Below, in pieces: positions 36,511 through 45,341 of a stretch of 64,000 nt of DNA (the stretch's first letter is position 1; each line of letters starts with the position of its first letter). The notes under the pieces were generated by a model that was not told where the DNA came from, did not search any database, and saw only the letters and a program-made list of their open reading frames with translations. The translations under genes were made by a program, and so were the position numbers. The DNA is taken from NCBI GenBank assembly GCA_964358855.1, contig CAYHQQ010000011.1, positions 11,546 to 75,545 of the forward strand, written 5' to 3'. This DNA is from an uncultured Phycisphaeraceae bacterium. GTDB taxonomy: Bacteria; Planctomycetota; Phycisphaerae; Phycisphaerales; UBA1924.

Positions 36511-37515
36511 TTAGAATTCGAGCGACACTCCGATGGTTCCGATCAACTCAGTGTGGTCCCCGTTGTTGAAGGTGCTCGTTGCGTCGCCCAGGAAGAGCCC
36601 CTGCACACCGGCCTTGAGCGTCCAGACACCCCAGGACTTGTCCAGATTGAGCGGCACGGACAATGTCGTGCCGACGCTGGCGAAGCCGAAGACGTCGTTC
36701 TCGCCACTCGCGCCTTCGTAGTAGTTGCTAAGGCTGAGCCCGACGGACACGGGGAAGGACCATCTCAGGTCTTTCATCGTGCCCAGCTCGAACGACAGGC
36801 CCGGCGAGACTCCGAGCTGAAGGTACGTGCCCTTGCGACCTCCATCAATGGAATCCGAGCCGGTCTCGATCACGACATTCGCGGTCGGGCTGAGCGACCA
36901 ATCCCCGAGCAGGTCCGAGTCGTCGAATGCCACGCTCAGGTACACCTCTTCAATGGTCGCCCATGCGTTGGAGGGACTCGACTCGGCGTAGTACCTCGCC
37001 GCGAACTCCCAGCTTCCCACCGCGACGCTCACTCCCGCGTACAGGTCGCTTTCGTACCAGGTTCGGGTGAAGCCGTCAGCAGACACCGCTCCGGTGGCCT
37101 CTCCGTGGAACGAGTTCCACGTGCCCATCGTGAAAGAGATCGTGGCATCCTCGAGCCGAAAGACGTCCAGCGAAACATCGGCGAACGGCTGCGCGATCCA
37201 TCCCGAGTCTTCGAATCTGTAGCCGCGGGAGAAGTAGGCGGTCGTGCAATCCACTCCCAGCGTGACGTGGAAGCGCGAATCCGGAGCCTGGGCCGGAACC
37301 TCAGCCGTGCCTTCCTTTGGCGTGGCGACGCCCGAGGCGGCCCGAGCCGGCCTGGGTTGAGAGCCCACATTGGGCCCTAGTTCCAGATCACCCGTCTCTG
37401 CCGTGGCGACTTCCGGTGGGTCGATTGGTGAATCAAGCGGCACCTTCGCGATCGAAGGCGTCGTGATCCCGAGCGCCAGGAAATGAGCGATTATGTACTG
37501 GGGTCTTTTCTTCAT
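36511..37515 (-). CDS. putative outer-membrane beta-barrel porin
   Basis: Trimmed to ATG 37515 (MKKRPQYIIAHFLALGITTPSIA signal). Alternating beta-strand pattern and a terminal ...GVSLEF aromatic residue. Lies 45 nt upstream of the kinase gene. Confidence 0.7.
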   Translation of the reverse strand: MKKRPQYIIAHFLALGITTPSIAKVPLDSPIDPPEVATAETGDLELGPNVGSQPRPARAASGVATPKEGTAEVPAQAPDSRFHVTLGVDCTTAYFSRGYRFEDSGWIAQPFADVSLDVFRLEDATISFTMGTWNSFHGEATGAVSADGFTRTWYESDLYAGVSVAVGSWEFAARYYAESSPSNAWATIEEVYLSVAFDDSDLLGDWSLSPTANVVIETGSDSIDGGRKGTYLQLGVSPGLSFELGTMKDLRWSFPVSVGLSLSNYYEGASGENDVFGFASVGTTLSVPLNLDKSWGVWTLKAGVQGLFLGDATSTFNNGDHTELIGTIGVSLEF

Positions 37516-38123
37516 GCTCGCCCTTGTGGTGGAAGGAGCTACGTCTACGCACACGACACTCACGCCTGCAGGATCTCATCGGAGGAATTGACCTGTCGTG
37601 TGAGGCCACTCGGCGCACGAAATCGCATTGTGCGACACATCTCCGCAGGTTTGTGGGCACGTTGACCGGTGGCCGCGTCCAAAGGAAGTCCTACCAGTGC
37701 GAATACTGCTCATCGGGCGGCATGCTCGCAGCCCAGGGCCGAGCCTTGACGCTCTTGGATGGAGGCCCAGGAAGACGCCTGGTCACTGGATCCCAGCACC
37801 TGAACGCCATCCAGGAGGGGTTCCGTTGGCGCACTGTCGCTCTGACTTCCCGGGAGGCCGGTCCGTACTGCTCGGACACATGCCGTGGCCACTAGGGTTG
37901 AATCCTCATTGGGCCTCAACCGCCCATCGCCCACTGCCTGGGCCAGGGAAAGGTTCGGCTTTATGCCGAGCTGAGGAGACGGCGTGGGCCTTGGGCAAGC
38001 CCCTGGCAAGAGCGGACCGCGACAAGATCGACCCACTTGTCGGGGCACCCTCGACGGCGAGTTTGTGGAGTGGCTGAGGCAGGTGGGGGATGAGCAGTAT
38101 CAGGCAGGGTCGCGGGGCGTGAG

Positions 38124-39587
38124 CTAATACTGGCCGTAGCGTCCCTTGACGCTGTCGAGCAGCTTCTGAGGCTCGTACGCGACGCCGTCTTTGATGACGA
38201 GCTCGACGTTCTGGATGTCGTTGATGTTCTTGCCCGGGTTGCCGTTGACGATGAAGAGGTCGGCGTTCTTGCCGATCTCGATGGAGCCGATGGTCTTGTC
38301 ACGACCGAGGTAGACCGCGCCGTTGAGCGTTGCGATCTTGATCGCCTCGACGGGCGTGAAGCCGGCCTCGACGAGTAGCTCGATCTCGCGGTGGTCGCTG
38401 AAGCCGGGGACGACGCCGCCGTTGCCGGTGGGGTCGCAGCCGGCGGTGAGCAGGCCGCCAGCCTTGGCGAAGGCGAGCTCCATGGCCATGCCGCGGGCGA
38501 AGATGGTCGTTCGCTTTGCGGCGGCCTGGGCGGGCTGCTTCTGGGTGCGGTTGTAGGAGTAGAGGTACGCGGTACGAGCTTCGGGCGAGAGGACTTCCTG
38601 GGCGCGAGGATAAAGCGGCGGGCGGTTGGGGGTGAAACCTTCGAAGACGGGCAGTGTGGAGGTGATGGCCACATGGTGCTTCACCAGGTCTTCGATCAGC
38701 GCCTTTGCCTCGGGACCGTTCGGGTCGGCGTGCTCGAGGAAAGCCGAGGTGTCGCCCATGGGACAGACGTCGGGCTGTTTGGACGGTGCGAGGTCGGTGT
38801 TGACCATGAAGCCGTGTTCGAGATTGTCGATGCCCAGAGCGATGGCTTCGGAGTAGGTGATGGAGCAGAGGTGCCCGGTGACCTTGAGGCCCCGCTTGTG
38901 AGCGGCGTCGATGGCGGCCCCGAGCTCATCGCGGGTGATGTGCATGTAGGCTTTGAAGGATGTGGCACCGGCGTCGGCCCAGAAGTTGACGAAGCGGCGA
39001 GCGTCGTCGGCGTCCTTGAGCTGATACATCTGGATGAACGATCCGCCCTTGCCTTGAAGGTAGGGAGCCGTGACTTCCATGTGCGGGCCGATCAACTTTC
39101 CCGCGTCGATCTGGTCGCGGAGATTGATGTCGGACTGACCCTCGACGCTTCCGCCGGTCCGCACGGTCGTGACTCCGGCGGCGAGATAGAGGCGCGGGGC
39201 GGAAAAGGTCATCTGGGGCACGAGAAGGGGGTCTTCGACTTTCCCCGCCGCGGTGGCCGGGCGGGCGATGTAGTACATGTGCTCGTGCATCGCCACGAGA
39301 CCCGGAAGGAGCGTGCGGCCTTGCATGTCGAGGACGGTGGTGCCCGGGGCGGAGGCGACATCGGCGCCTTTGGCGATGGCGGTGATCTTGCCGCCCTCGA
39401 TGGTCACGTTCTGGTCGTCCACCTCGGGTTTGCCGGTGCCGTCGATGACGCGGACGTGGGTGAGGACGATGCGTTTGGCCGTGGCGCGGATGTAAGGCGT
39501 GACCGCGCTGGAGAACTGCGCCGGAGGCTGGGCGATGGCGGCGGTGACGGCGATCATCCCGAACAGTGCGGCTTCGAGGATTTTCAC
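38124..39587 (-). CDS. secreted amidohydrolase-family metallohydrolase (imidazolonepropionase-like)
   Basis: GTG 39587 has AGGAG 6 nt upstream and a signal peptide (KILEAALFGMIAVTAAIA). GLVAMHEHM, GHLCS and the rest of the TIM-barrel amidohydrolase pattern are present. Confidence 0.85.
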   Translation of the reverse strand: MKILEAALFGMIAVTAAIAQPPAQFSSAVTPYIRATAKRIVLTHVRVIDGTGKPEVDDQNVTIEGGKITAIAKGADVASAPGTTVLDMQGRTLLPGLVAMHEHMYYIARPATAAGKVEDPLLVPQMTFSAPRLYLAAGVTTVRTGGSVEGQSDINLRDQIDAGKLIGPHMEVTAPYLQGKGGSFIQMYQLKDADDARRFVNFWADAGATSFKAYMHITRDELGAAIDAAHKRGLKVTGHLCSITYSEAIALGIDNLEHGFMVNTDLAPSKQPDVCPMGDTSAFLEHADPNGPEAKALIEDLVKHHVAITSTLPVFEGFTPNRPPLYPRAQEVLSPEARTAYLYSYNRTQKQPAQAAAKRTTIFARGMAMELAFAKAGGLLTAGCDPTGNGGVVPGFSDHREIELLVEAGFTPVEAIKIATLNGAVYLGRDKTIGSIEIGKNADLFIVNGNPGKNINDIQNVELVIKDGVAYEPQKLLDSVKGRYGQY

Positions 39588-39676
39588 GTGCGGCTCCTGG
39601 AGGTTCCGGCGGCGCTGGGACAAGCGTGCCCATCGATGTCGAGGGTAGCCGGGATGGCGGTTGCGACGGGCGTGGG

Positions 39677-40195
39677 TCACCGGCTGAGCGTGTTGATGTA
39701 CGCCCGCCAGGGGCCGACCTCGTCGCGGTACTGCCACGCCATCGCGAGACAGGCCTGGCGGATGTGGTGGAGGTCATGGGCGGCCCAGGTGGCGAGGAGC
39801 TGGCCGGCGGTGACGCGGCCCAGCGCGGGGTGGGTGCCGGTGCGGGCGAGGTCGGCAGGGGTGAGGTTGAGGGCGCGGAGGACCTGCAGGTTGGCGGCCC
39901 GAAGGCGCTGAAACTCGTCGAGGAGCGTGGAGAGCGGGATGGTGCCGGGGGCGATGGTCGCGTTGTGCGGGAAGGGATCGAAGGAGCGGGACTCGCCGTG
40001 TTCAAGAATTCGGCGCAGGCGGGGCATCCAGTCGTCGCGTTCGCCGACGATGAGGTGCCCGACGACCTCGAAGGCGGACCAGGTGGCGTCGCCGTAGTTC
40101 GCTTGGGTCCAGAAGTCGCAGACGCCCATGAGCAGGCTGCGCAAGACGGCCGGCGTGCGATCGAGGATCTCAAGGGTGTGTGGCAGGTCATTCAT
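39677..40195 (-). CDS. DinB-family protein
   Basis: WSAFEVVGHLI...HDLHHIRQ is a four-helix DinB_2-like His pattern. Confidence 0.8.
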   Translation of the reverse strand: MNDLPHTLEILDRTPAVLRSLLMGVCDFWTQANYGDATWSAFEVVGHLIVGERDDWMPRLRRILEHGESRSFDPFPHNATIAPGTIPLSTLLDEFQRLRAANLQVLRALNLTPADLARTGTHPALGRVTAGQLLATWAAHDLHHIRQACLAMAWQYRDEVGPWRAYINTLSR

Positions 40196-40201
40196 GTGCG
40201 G

Positions 40202-41179
40202 TCATCCCCGGCGCACCGGCAGCTGTGCGTTGAGCTCGAAGTATTCGTAGCCATGGGCGAAGGGGCGGCCGATCCAGGATTCGAAACAAGGGTGGTCGTC
40301 GGGGACGTAGCCGCTGCGGGGAAGCCAGGTGCCGTAGAGCCACTGGAGGACACGGAGTTCCAGGTCGATGCCACCCTTGACCTCGACCTGGGCGACGAGC
40401 ATGGGCGGGAAGCGGAAGCGACCGATCTCGCCCTTGGCGGTGAAGCGTTCGGCCTCTACAGCGACGTGGTAGCGGCAGTGCTCCAGAGGGACGAGTTCGG
40501 GATTTTCCCATTGGTAGCCCAGCCACTGGCCGCCCGAGAGGCCGTGGGCGTCGGCCCAGGCGAGCATGCGATGGACGGCCTGGACGACGGCGTCGGGCTT
40601 GTAGGGGTCGTGGACGCGGGTGTAGGCGACGGTGCGTGCGGGGAGTTCACGGATTCGGACTGTGAAAGCCGGGGGCGACAGTGGGGGAGGAGACTGGTCA
40701 AGATGAAGGCGCTGGGGTGAACCCGAGACTATCGCCTCAAGTTCGGCGGCGTGGGAAATTTGCCAGCCTTTGAGGTCGAACGAGCTTGGAGCAGAGCCGT
40801 AGCGGTGTTTGAAGCAACGGGTGAAGTCGGAAGGGGAGGAGAAGCCGCAGGCCAGGGCGATGGACGTGAGCGAAGGCTTGCGATGGTGCGTCATCATGAC
40901 CAGGGCCCGCTCAAGGCGCAGGCGTTTGACGAAGTCGGCGAGGGTGACGCCCACGAGCGACTGGAAGACGCGGTGGAAGTGGAAGGGCGAGAGCATGGCG
41001 GACTTGGAGACGGCCTTGAGCCTCAGGGGCTTGTCGAGGTGGTTCACGACGTGGTCGATGGCGAGGTTGACCCGCTCGACGTAGGCGAGTGAGGTCGCGG
41101 GGGAGGTGGTGGGGGCGGGGCGGGATTTTGTGAGAGTTCGCAAGATTTGGCAAGCCCTCCGCGATGGCGCAAGTATCAT
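40202..41179 (-). CDS. AraC-family transcriptional regulator with GyrI-like effector domain
   Basis: AraC HTH (MLSPFHFHRVFQSLVGVTLADFVKRLRLERA...IALACGFSSPSDFTRCFKHRYG) with a GyrI-like C-terminal half. Confidence 0.88.
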   Translation of the reverse strand: MILAPSRRACQILRTLTKSRPAPTTSPATSLAYVERVNLAIDHVVNHLDKPLRLKAVSKSAMLSPFHFHRVFQSLVGVTLADFVKRLRLERALVMMTHHRKPSLTSIALACGFSSPSDFTRCFKHRYGSAPSSFDLKGWQISHAAELEAIVSGSPQRLHLDQSPPPLSPPAFTVRIRELPARTVAYTRVHDPYKPDAVVQAVHRMLAWADAHGLSGGQWLGYQWENPELVPLEHCRYHVAVEAERFTAKGEIGRFRFPPMLVAQVEVKGGIDLELRVLQWLYGTWLPRSGYVPDDHPCFESWIGRPFAHGYEYFELNAQLPVRRG

Positions 41180-41231
41180 ACGTTCTCGTGCGGCTCATGC
41201 TCAGACACCCAACTCGAACTTGGAGGCACCA

Positions 41232-41780
41232 GTGACACGAATCATCGCGGGCTCATTGCTTGTCATACTCACGTCTGTCGCGGGCGGATGCGCTTCCACG
41301 CAACCCACGACTTCGGCAACCACGCCAGTGGCAGCCAAAGCACCAACAGCAAAGGCACCGGCAGCCAAAGCACCGGCAGGAGATCCACACATGCGGCTCG
41401 GGAACTTCTCGATCAGTCTTACGGTCAAGGATATCGGTGCATCGGTTGCTTTTTACGAGAAGCTCGGCTTCGCGAAGGTTGGCGGCAACCAGGCGCAGAA
41501 GTGGGTGGTCATGCAGAACGAGTCGAGCACGATCGGGCTCTTCCAGGGGATGATTCCCAAGAACACGCTGACGTTCAACCCCGGTTGGGATAAAGACAAG
41601 GCCACGCCCGCCGACTTCCAGGACATTCGCGACATCCAGAAGGCCCTCAAAGCCCGCGGGGTCAAGATCGAGGATCCGCTGATTGACGAAGCGTCGACGG
41701 GAACGGCGTACCTGATGATCATGGACCCCGACGGGAATCCGATTCTGCTCGACCAGCACGTTCCGGCGCCGAAGAGGTAG
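41232..41780 (+). CDS. VOC/glyoxalase-family lipoprotein
   Basis: GTG 41232 (GGAGG 5 nt upstream). Lipobox LTSVAGGC and an Ala/Pro/Lys-rich linker. ISLTVKDIGASVAFYEKLGF...MIMDPDGNPILLDQ. Confidence 0.75.
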   Translation: MTRIIAGSLLVILTSVAGGCASTQPTTSATTPVAAKAPTAKAPAAKAPAGDPHMRLGNFSISLTVKDIGASVAFYEKLGFAKVGGNQAQKWVVMQNESSTIGLFQGMIPKNTLTFNPGWDKDKATPADFQDIRDIQKALKARGVKIEDPLIDEASTGTAYLMIMDPDGNPILLDQHVPAPKR

Positions 41781-41815
41781 CGACCGCGGCGGGTTGCGAT
41801 GGCGCGAGCGGCGAT

Positions 41816-42568
41816 TCAGCGTTTGGGCACGCCCAGGAGCAGGGTCGCGCCCGGCGCCAGAGTGAAGCCCTCCACGTGTCCGGCGAATCGCTCGTCAGCG
41901 GTCACAAAGTGCACGTGCACATCGCTCGCGCCGGGGGTGAAGATGCCGCGGTGCTCGGTGGAGTGGAAGCCCACCATCCGCACCGTTTGGGCCGCGAGTG
42001 ACGAGCGGATCTTGGACTTTTCGTGGTCGGCGAACGTCGGGGGCGTGTGCTCGGGCGGGCTCAGGACGTGGTACGCAAGGCTCTGGACCTCGCCCTCAAC
42101 CCGGAAGGCCATCGGCGCCGAATCATCCAAGCCCGCCGACCGGGCGGCCTCTGGCAGGTACGCTTCGAGTTGTTCGAGCGTTCGCACGGAATTCGGCAAG
42201 GGAACCGACTTCCAATCCGCGGCGTGCGTCCACACGAAAAAGGCCGCACCGTGATCGAGACTGGCGTGGGTGCGGAAAGTGGAGCCCTGTACTGTTGAGA
42301 TGGTGGCACGCCCATCGACCACGGTGATCTCGCCAGTCAGCCCCTCCAGCGGGCCGATCCCGTAGAGGTGGGGGCGCCGGGCGAGCTCGGCAAGGCGCAC
42401 TTTGGCGCTCACGTCCCCGTCGTGCACGGCCTTTCGCTGCTCGCCGATCCAGAGGACGACGCCATCGGCCGGTGGAGCGACGGGACCCGGGGCGTGGCAG
42501 CCGGCTGCGAAGAGGCAGGCGAGCAGGGCGATTCGGGCTTGTGAGCGGATGGTCGATTGGATTTTCAC
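41816..42568 (-). CDS. alpha-acetolactate decarboxylase-family protein with lipoprotein signal
   Basis: YGIGPLEGLTGEITVVDG, FFVW..ADW, FRVEGE...YHVL and GFHS...HVHFV...AGHV match the AlsD family pattern. The GTG 42568 start (IALLACLFAAGC lipobox) is uncertain; the ORF extends to 42844. Confidence 0.7.
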   Translation of the reverse strand: MKIQSTIRSQARIALLACLFAAGCHAPGPVAPPADGVVLWIGEQRKAVHDGDVSAKVRLAELARRPHLYGIGPLEGLTGEITVVDGRATISTVQGSTFRTHASLDHGAAFFVWTHAADWKSVPLPNSVRTLEQLEAYLPEAARSAGLDDSAPMAFRVEGEVQSLAYHVLSPPEHTPPTFADHEKSKIRSSLAAQTVRMVGFHSTEHRGIFTPGASDVHVHFVTADERFAGHVEGFTLAPGATLLLGVPKR

Positions 42569-42653
42569 GTTCGATGGTACGGGCGGCGTGCTTGCCGGTC
42601 GCAACCCGTTCGGCGAGCATGCTGTAGAATGGCCGGTCACTCGGGAGCCCTGC

Positions 42654-43649
42654 ATGAGCCGTCGATCGTGCTTTGCCGCTTGCCTGCCCATCGCCGTTCT
42701 GGCGGGCACGGGGCTGTTGTGCGCGTGTGCGTCGCGGGATGGGGCGGCGGGCACGCCCGTATCGGCGAAGGTCTCGGGACGATCGACGATTGCTGCTCCG
42801 ACGATGATCGACGACAAGCCCCGTGACTTTGCGGGCGTGCACAATGTGGTTGCGTACCACGAGGGGTACTACTCGGGCGGTGCGCCCGAGGGCGCGGCTG
42901 GCTTTGACACACTGGCGGCGATGGGCGTCAAGACGATCATCAGTGTAGATGGGGCCGAACCTGAGGTGGGCGAGGCCAGGGCCCGCGGCATCCGGTACAT
43001 CCATCTGCCGATCGGGTACAACGGGTTTGACGAGCAGCGGAAGCTCGAGCTCGTGCGTGCGACGCGCGACGCGATGGGCGAGGGGCCGGTGTATATCCAC
43101 TGCCACCACGGAAAGCATCGCAGCGCGGGGGCGGCGGCGACGGTCGCGGCGAGCCTGGGGTGGATGACGCCCGATGCGGCCAAGGATCGCATGAAAGTCT
43201 CGGGGACCTCGGCGGGCTACAAGGGGCTGTACGCCTGTGCGGCCTCGGCGGATGTGCTGGGGGCGAATGTGATCGACGCGGTGCCGGCGGACTTCCCTGA
43301 GGTTGCTCAGCCGGCGGGGTTTGTGAAGGCGATGATCGAGCTCGACGAGATCAACGAGCGGCTCAAGGCGATTGAGAAGGCGGGTTGGACGACGCCCAAG
43401 GAACATCCCGACCTGGTGCCCGTGGCCGAGGCGGGGCGGATGGCGGACCTGTTGCGATTCCTGTCGGAGGGAGACCGGGCACAATCGAAGGTCGCAGACT
43501 TTGGCGCGAGGCTCAAGGCCGACGGCGAGCACGTGCAGAAGCTCGAGGACATGCTCCTCGCGGGCGAGACGGACGGCAGGAAGCTGTCGGCCCAGCTGGC
43601 GATCGTGGCGGCCTCGTGCAAGGACTGTCACGCGAAGTATCGGGATTGA
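42654..43649 (+). CDS. lipoprotein fusing a Cys-based phosphatase-like domain (HCX5R) to a C-terminal c-type cytochrome module (CxxCH)
   Basis: ATG 42654 (GGGAG 6 nt upstream). Lipobox GLLCAC. P-loop VYIHCHHGKHRSAG. The helical C-terminal ~130 aa end in SCKDCHAKYRD, with CxxCH six residues from the end as in class II cytochromes c. Confidence 0.75.
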   Translation: MSRRSCFAACLPIAVLAGTGLLCACASRDGAAGTPVSAKVSGRSTIAAPTMIDDKPRDFAGVHNVVAYHEGYYSGGAPEGAAGFDTLAAMGVKTIISVDGAEPEVGEARARGIRYIHLPIGYNGFDEQRKLELVRATRDAMGEGPVYIHCHHGKHRSAGAAATVAASLGWMTPDAAKDRMKVSGTSAGYKGLYACAASADVLGANVIDAVPADFPEVAQPAGFVKAMIELDEINERLKAIEKAGWTTPKEHPDLVPVAEAGRMADLLRFLSEGDRAQSKVADFGARLKADGEHVQKLEDMLLAGETDGRKLSAQLAIVAASCKDCHAKYRD

Positions 43650-43663
43650 CGCGGGGCGACGCC

Positions 43664-44311
43664 TTGGAGCTTGACCACGTCTTCATCTTCTCGACGTCGA
43701 ACGGGCGAGAGGCCGACGCGCTCGTCGAGTTCGGGCTTGTCGAAGCACCTGGTCGCCGGCACGCCGGACAGGGGACGGCCAATCGGACGTTCCACTTTGA
43801 GAACGGGTATCTGGAGATCATCTGGGTGGCGGACCATGCGGAATTGACGAGCGAACGTGTGTCGCCGACGGGACTTTGGGAGCGGGCGAACTACCTTGCG
43901 AGCGGATGGTCGCCCTTTGGCCTGTGCGTGGTGAACACGCTGGAGGCCGATCCGCTGTTTCGCGGGTGCGTGGCGTATCAGCCCGAGTACTTTCCCGATG
44001 GGCAGGTGATTGAGATCGCTCAAAGCGTCGCGCCGTCGGTGTTTCCGATGTTGTTCAGACTCCCTCGGGGGCTTCAGGGGCGAGGGCGGCCGCCCGCCCC
44101 TGTGCATCCGGTTGGAGCGTCGCGAATCTCGCATCTGGAATTCGGCGTGACCACCAAGGGCGCGATCGCGAGTCCGTTCGACCTGCTCGCGCCGAAATCT
44201 TGGGTGAGCTTCACGTCTTCGCAGCGATCAACGCTGACGCTGCGGCTGGACGAGCGTCGTCAGGGCAAGACGAGGGCGTTTGAGCACCTGCCGTTCACGA
44301 TCGAGTACTGA
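43664..44311 (+). CDS. VOC-family / glyoxalase-like-domain protein
   Basis: LELDHVFIFS...GQGTANRTFHFENGYLEIIWV is Glyoxalase_3-like. The start is uncertain (TTG 43664 or TTG 43646, the latter overlapping the upstream stop). Confidence 0.65.
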   Translation: MELDHVFIFSTSNGREADALVEFGLVEAPGRRHAGQGTANRTFHFENGYLEIIWVADHAELTSERVSPTGLWERANYLASGWSPFGLCVVNTLEADPLFRGCVAYQPEYFPDGQVIEIAQSVAPSVFPMLFRLPRGLQGRGRPPAPVHPVGASRISHLEFGVTTKGAIASPFDLLAPKSWVSFTSSQRSTLTLRLDERRQGKTRAFEHLPFTIEY

Positions 44312-44329
44312 CCCCATTGCCCCGATCCT

Positions 44330-45226
44330 TCAAAGAAACGCGGGGGCCCGCTCAAGGATGTCAGTGACGGCGTGGGCGACCGCTCCCGGCAGAATGCTTC
44401 CGGTGCGCTCTCGCATGAGGCCAAACAGCAGGCCTGCCCCGACATTCATCAGCCCCCACGCCCACGCGAACTCGTAGCGCCCGTTGAAATAGTCGACGGT
44501 GTTGAGGGCGTGGATGAAACCAAACATCACGCTCGTCACCAGGAGCCCAACACCAAACTGGGTCCCCAGCACGCGGTAGGGGCGTCCAAAGGCCATGTTC
44601 AGCCGCGACTGCATGTATCCGCGGAAAAAGAGTTCCTCGCCCAGGCCGGCGCACAGGAGCAGTTCGCCCACGAGGGCGGCCGCGCCGCCTATCGGTTTGT
44701 CCGAGCGCAGCGCGAGGAGGATCGGCACCAGGCACGCCAGCGTGAAGGCCGCAAGGCACATGGGGGCGGGAAGGCGCTTGTACAGGCCCAGCCCGTGCCG
44801 CACGCTCAGCAGCAAGACGCCCGCGAGAAACACCTCGCCGATCGCCCCCAGCAGCGCAAGGCCATCGGGTGGTGGCTTTCCGGGCTCGATGTGGAAGTGC
44901 CCGAACCAGACGATCGCGCCCGCGCCGATCGCGGCGAGAAGCCCGAAGGTCAGTCCCAAGGCGAGACTTCCGCGCGGAGCGGAAGCCAAGCCAAACTCCA
45001 ATTGCGGGCGCCTGGAAGCAAGCACCAGGAAAAGTGCACCGACAATCATGAAGAGACCCGGCGAGTAATTCAGATGCTGCGCACGTTCCCATTGCCCCGG
45101 GAAAGTGAACTCCTTGAAAGTCCTGTAGGCAACGTGGACGACGCCGAAGGCCGCCACGACCTCGGCCAGGGCGGCCACACGCCCGATGATGGTCGAGGGG
45201 CGCGGACTTGTCGATTCGTTCGACAT
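44330..45226 (-). CDS. CPBP-family (CAAX) intramembrane metalloprotease
   Basis: GLGEELFFRGY, FGFIHAL and the GAVAHAVTD motifs, in a polytopic protein. Confidence 0.85.
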   Translation of the reverse strand: MSNESTSPRPSTIIGRVAALAEVVAAFGVVHVAYRTFKEFTFPGQWERAQHLNYSPGLFMIVGALFLVLASRRPQLEFGLASAPRGSLALGLTFGLLAAIGAGAIVWFGHFHIEPGKPPPDGLALLGAIGEVFLAGVLLLSVRHGLGLYKRLPAPMCLAAFTLACLVPILLALRSDKPIGGAAALVGELLLCAGLGEELFFRGYMQSRLNMAFGRPYRVLGTQFGVGLLVTSVMFGFIHALNTVDYFNGRYEFAWAWGLMNVGAGLLFGLMRERTGSILPGAVAHAVTDILERAPAFL

Positions 45227-45341
45227 CGGGGGCCTTTCGTTGGAGTCGATGGTATTCGTGCGACCACGGCGACACCAAGCTGGTCGGGCTCACCTGCGGC
45301 GCGTTCCAAGGCGTGGTAGGATGCCCGCCAAGGAGCCCCTC

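Noticed and set aside
37564-38123. A known structured RNA (SRP RNA, tmRNA, RNase P, 6S) hiding in the gene-free stretch.
   Set aside because: None of the conserved sequence cores I remember could be found on either strand. These include the SRP GGAAGCAGCC helix-8 motif, the tmRNA tag-reading-frame region and RNase P conserved regions.
42654-43649. Interpreting the HCX5R lipoprotein as an arsenate reductase belonging to the arsenic locus.
   Set aside because: The CX5R loop is shared with Acr2/Cdc25 and LMW-PTP-type ArsC enzymes. However, this protein is exported, is fused to a cytochrome, lies 13 kb from the arsenic genes, and carries no S1-type motif upstream.
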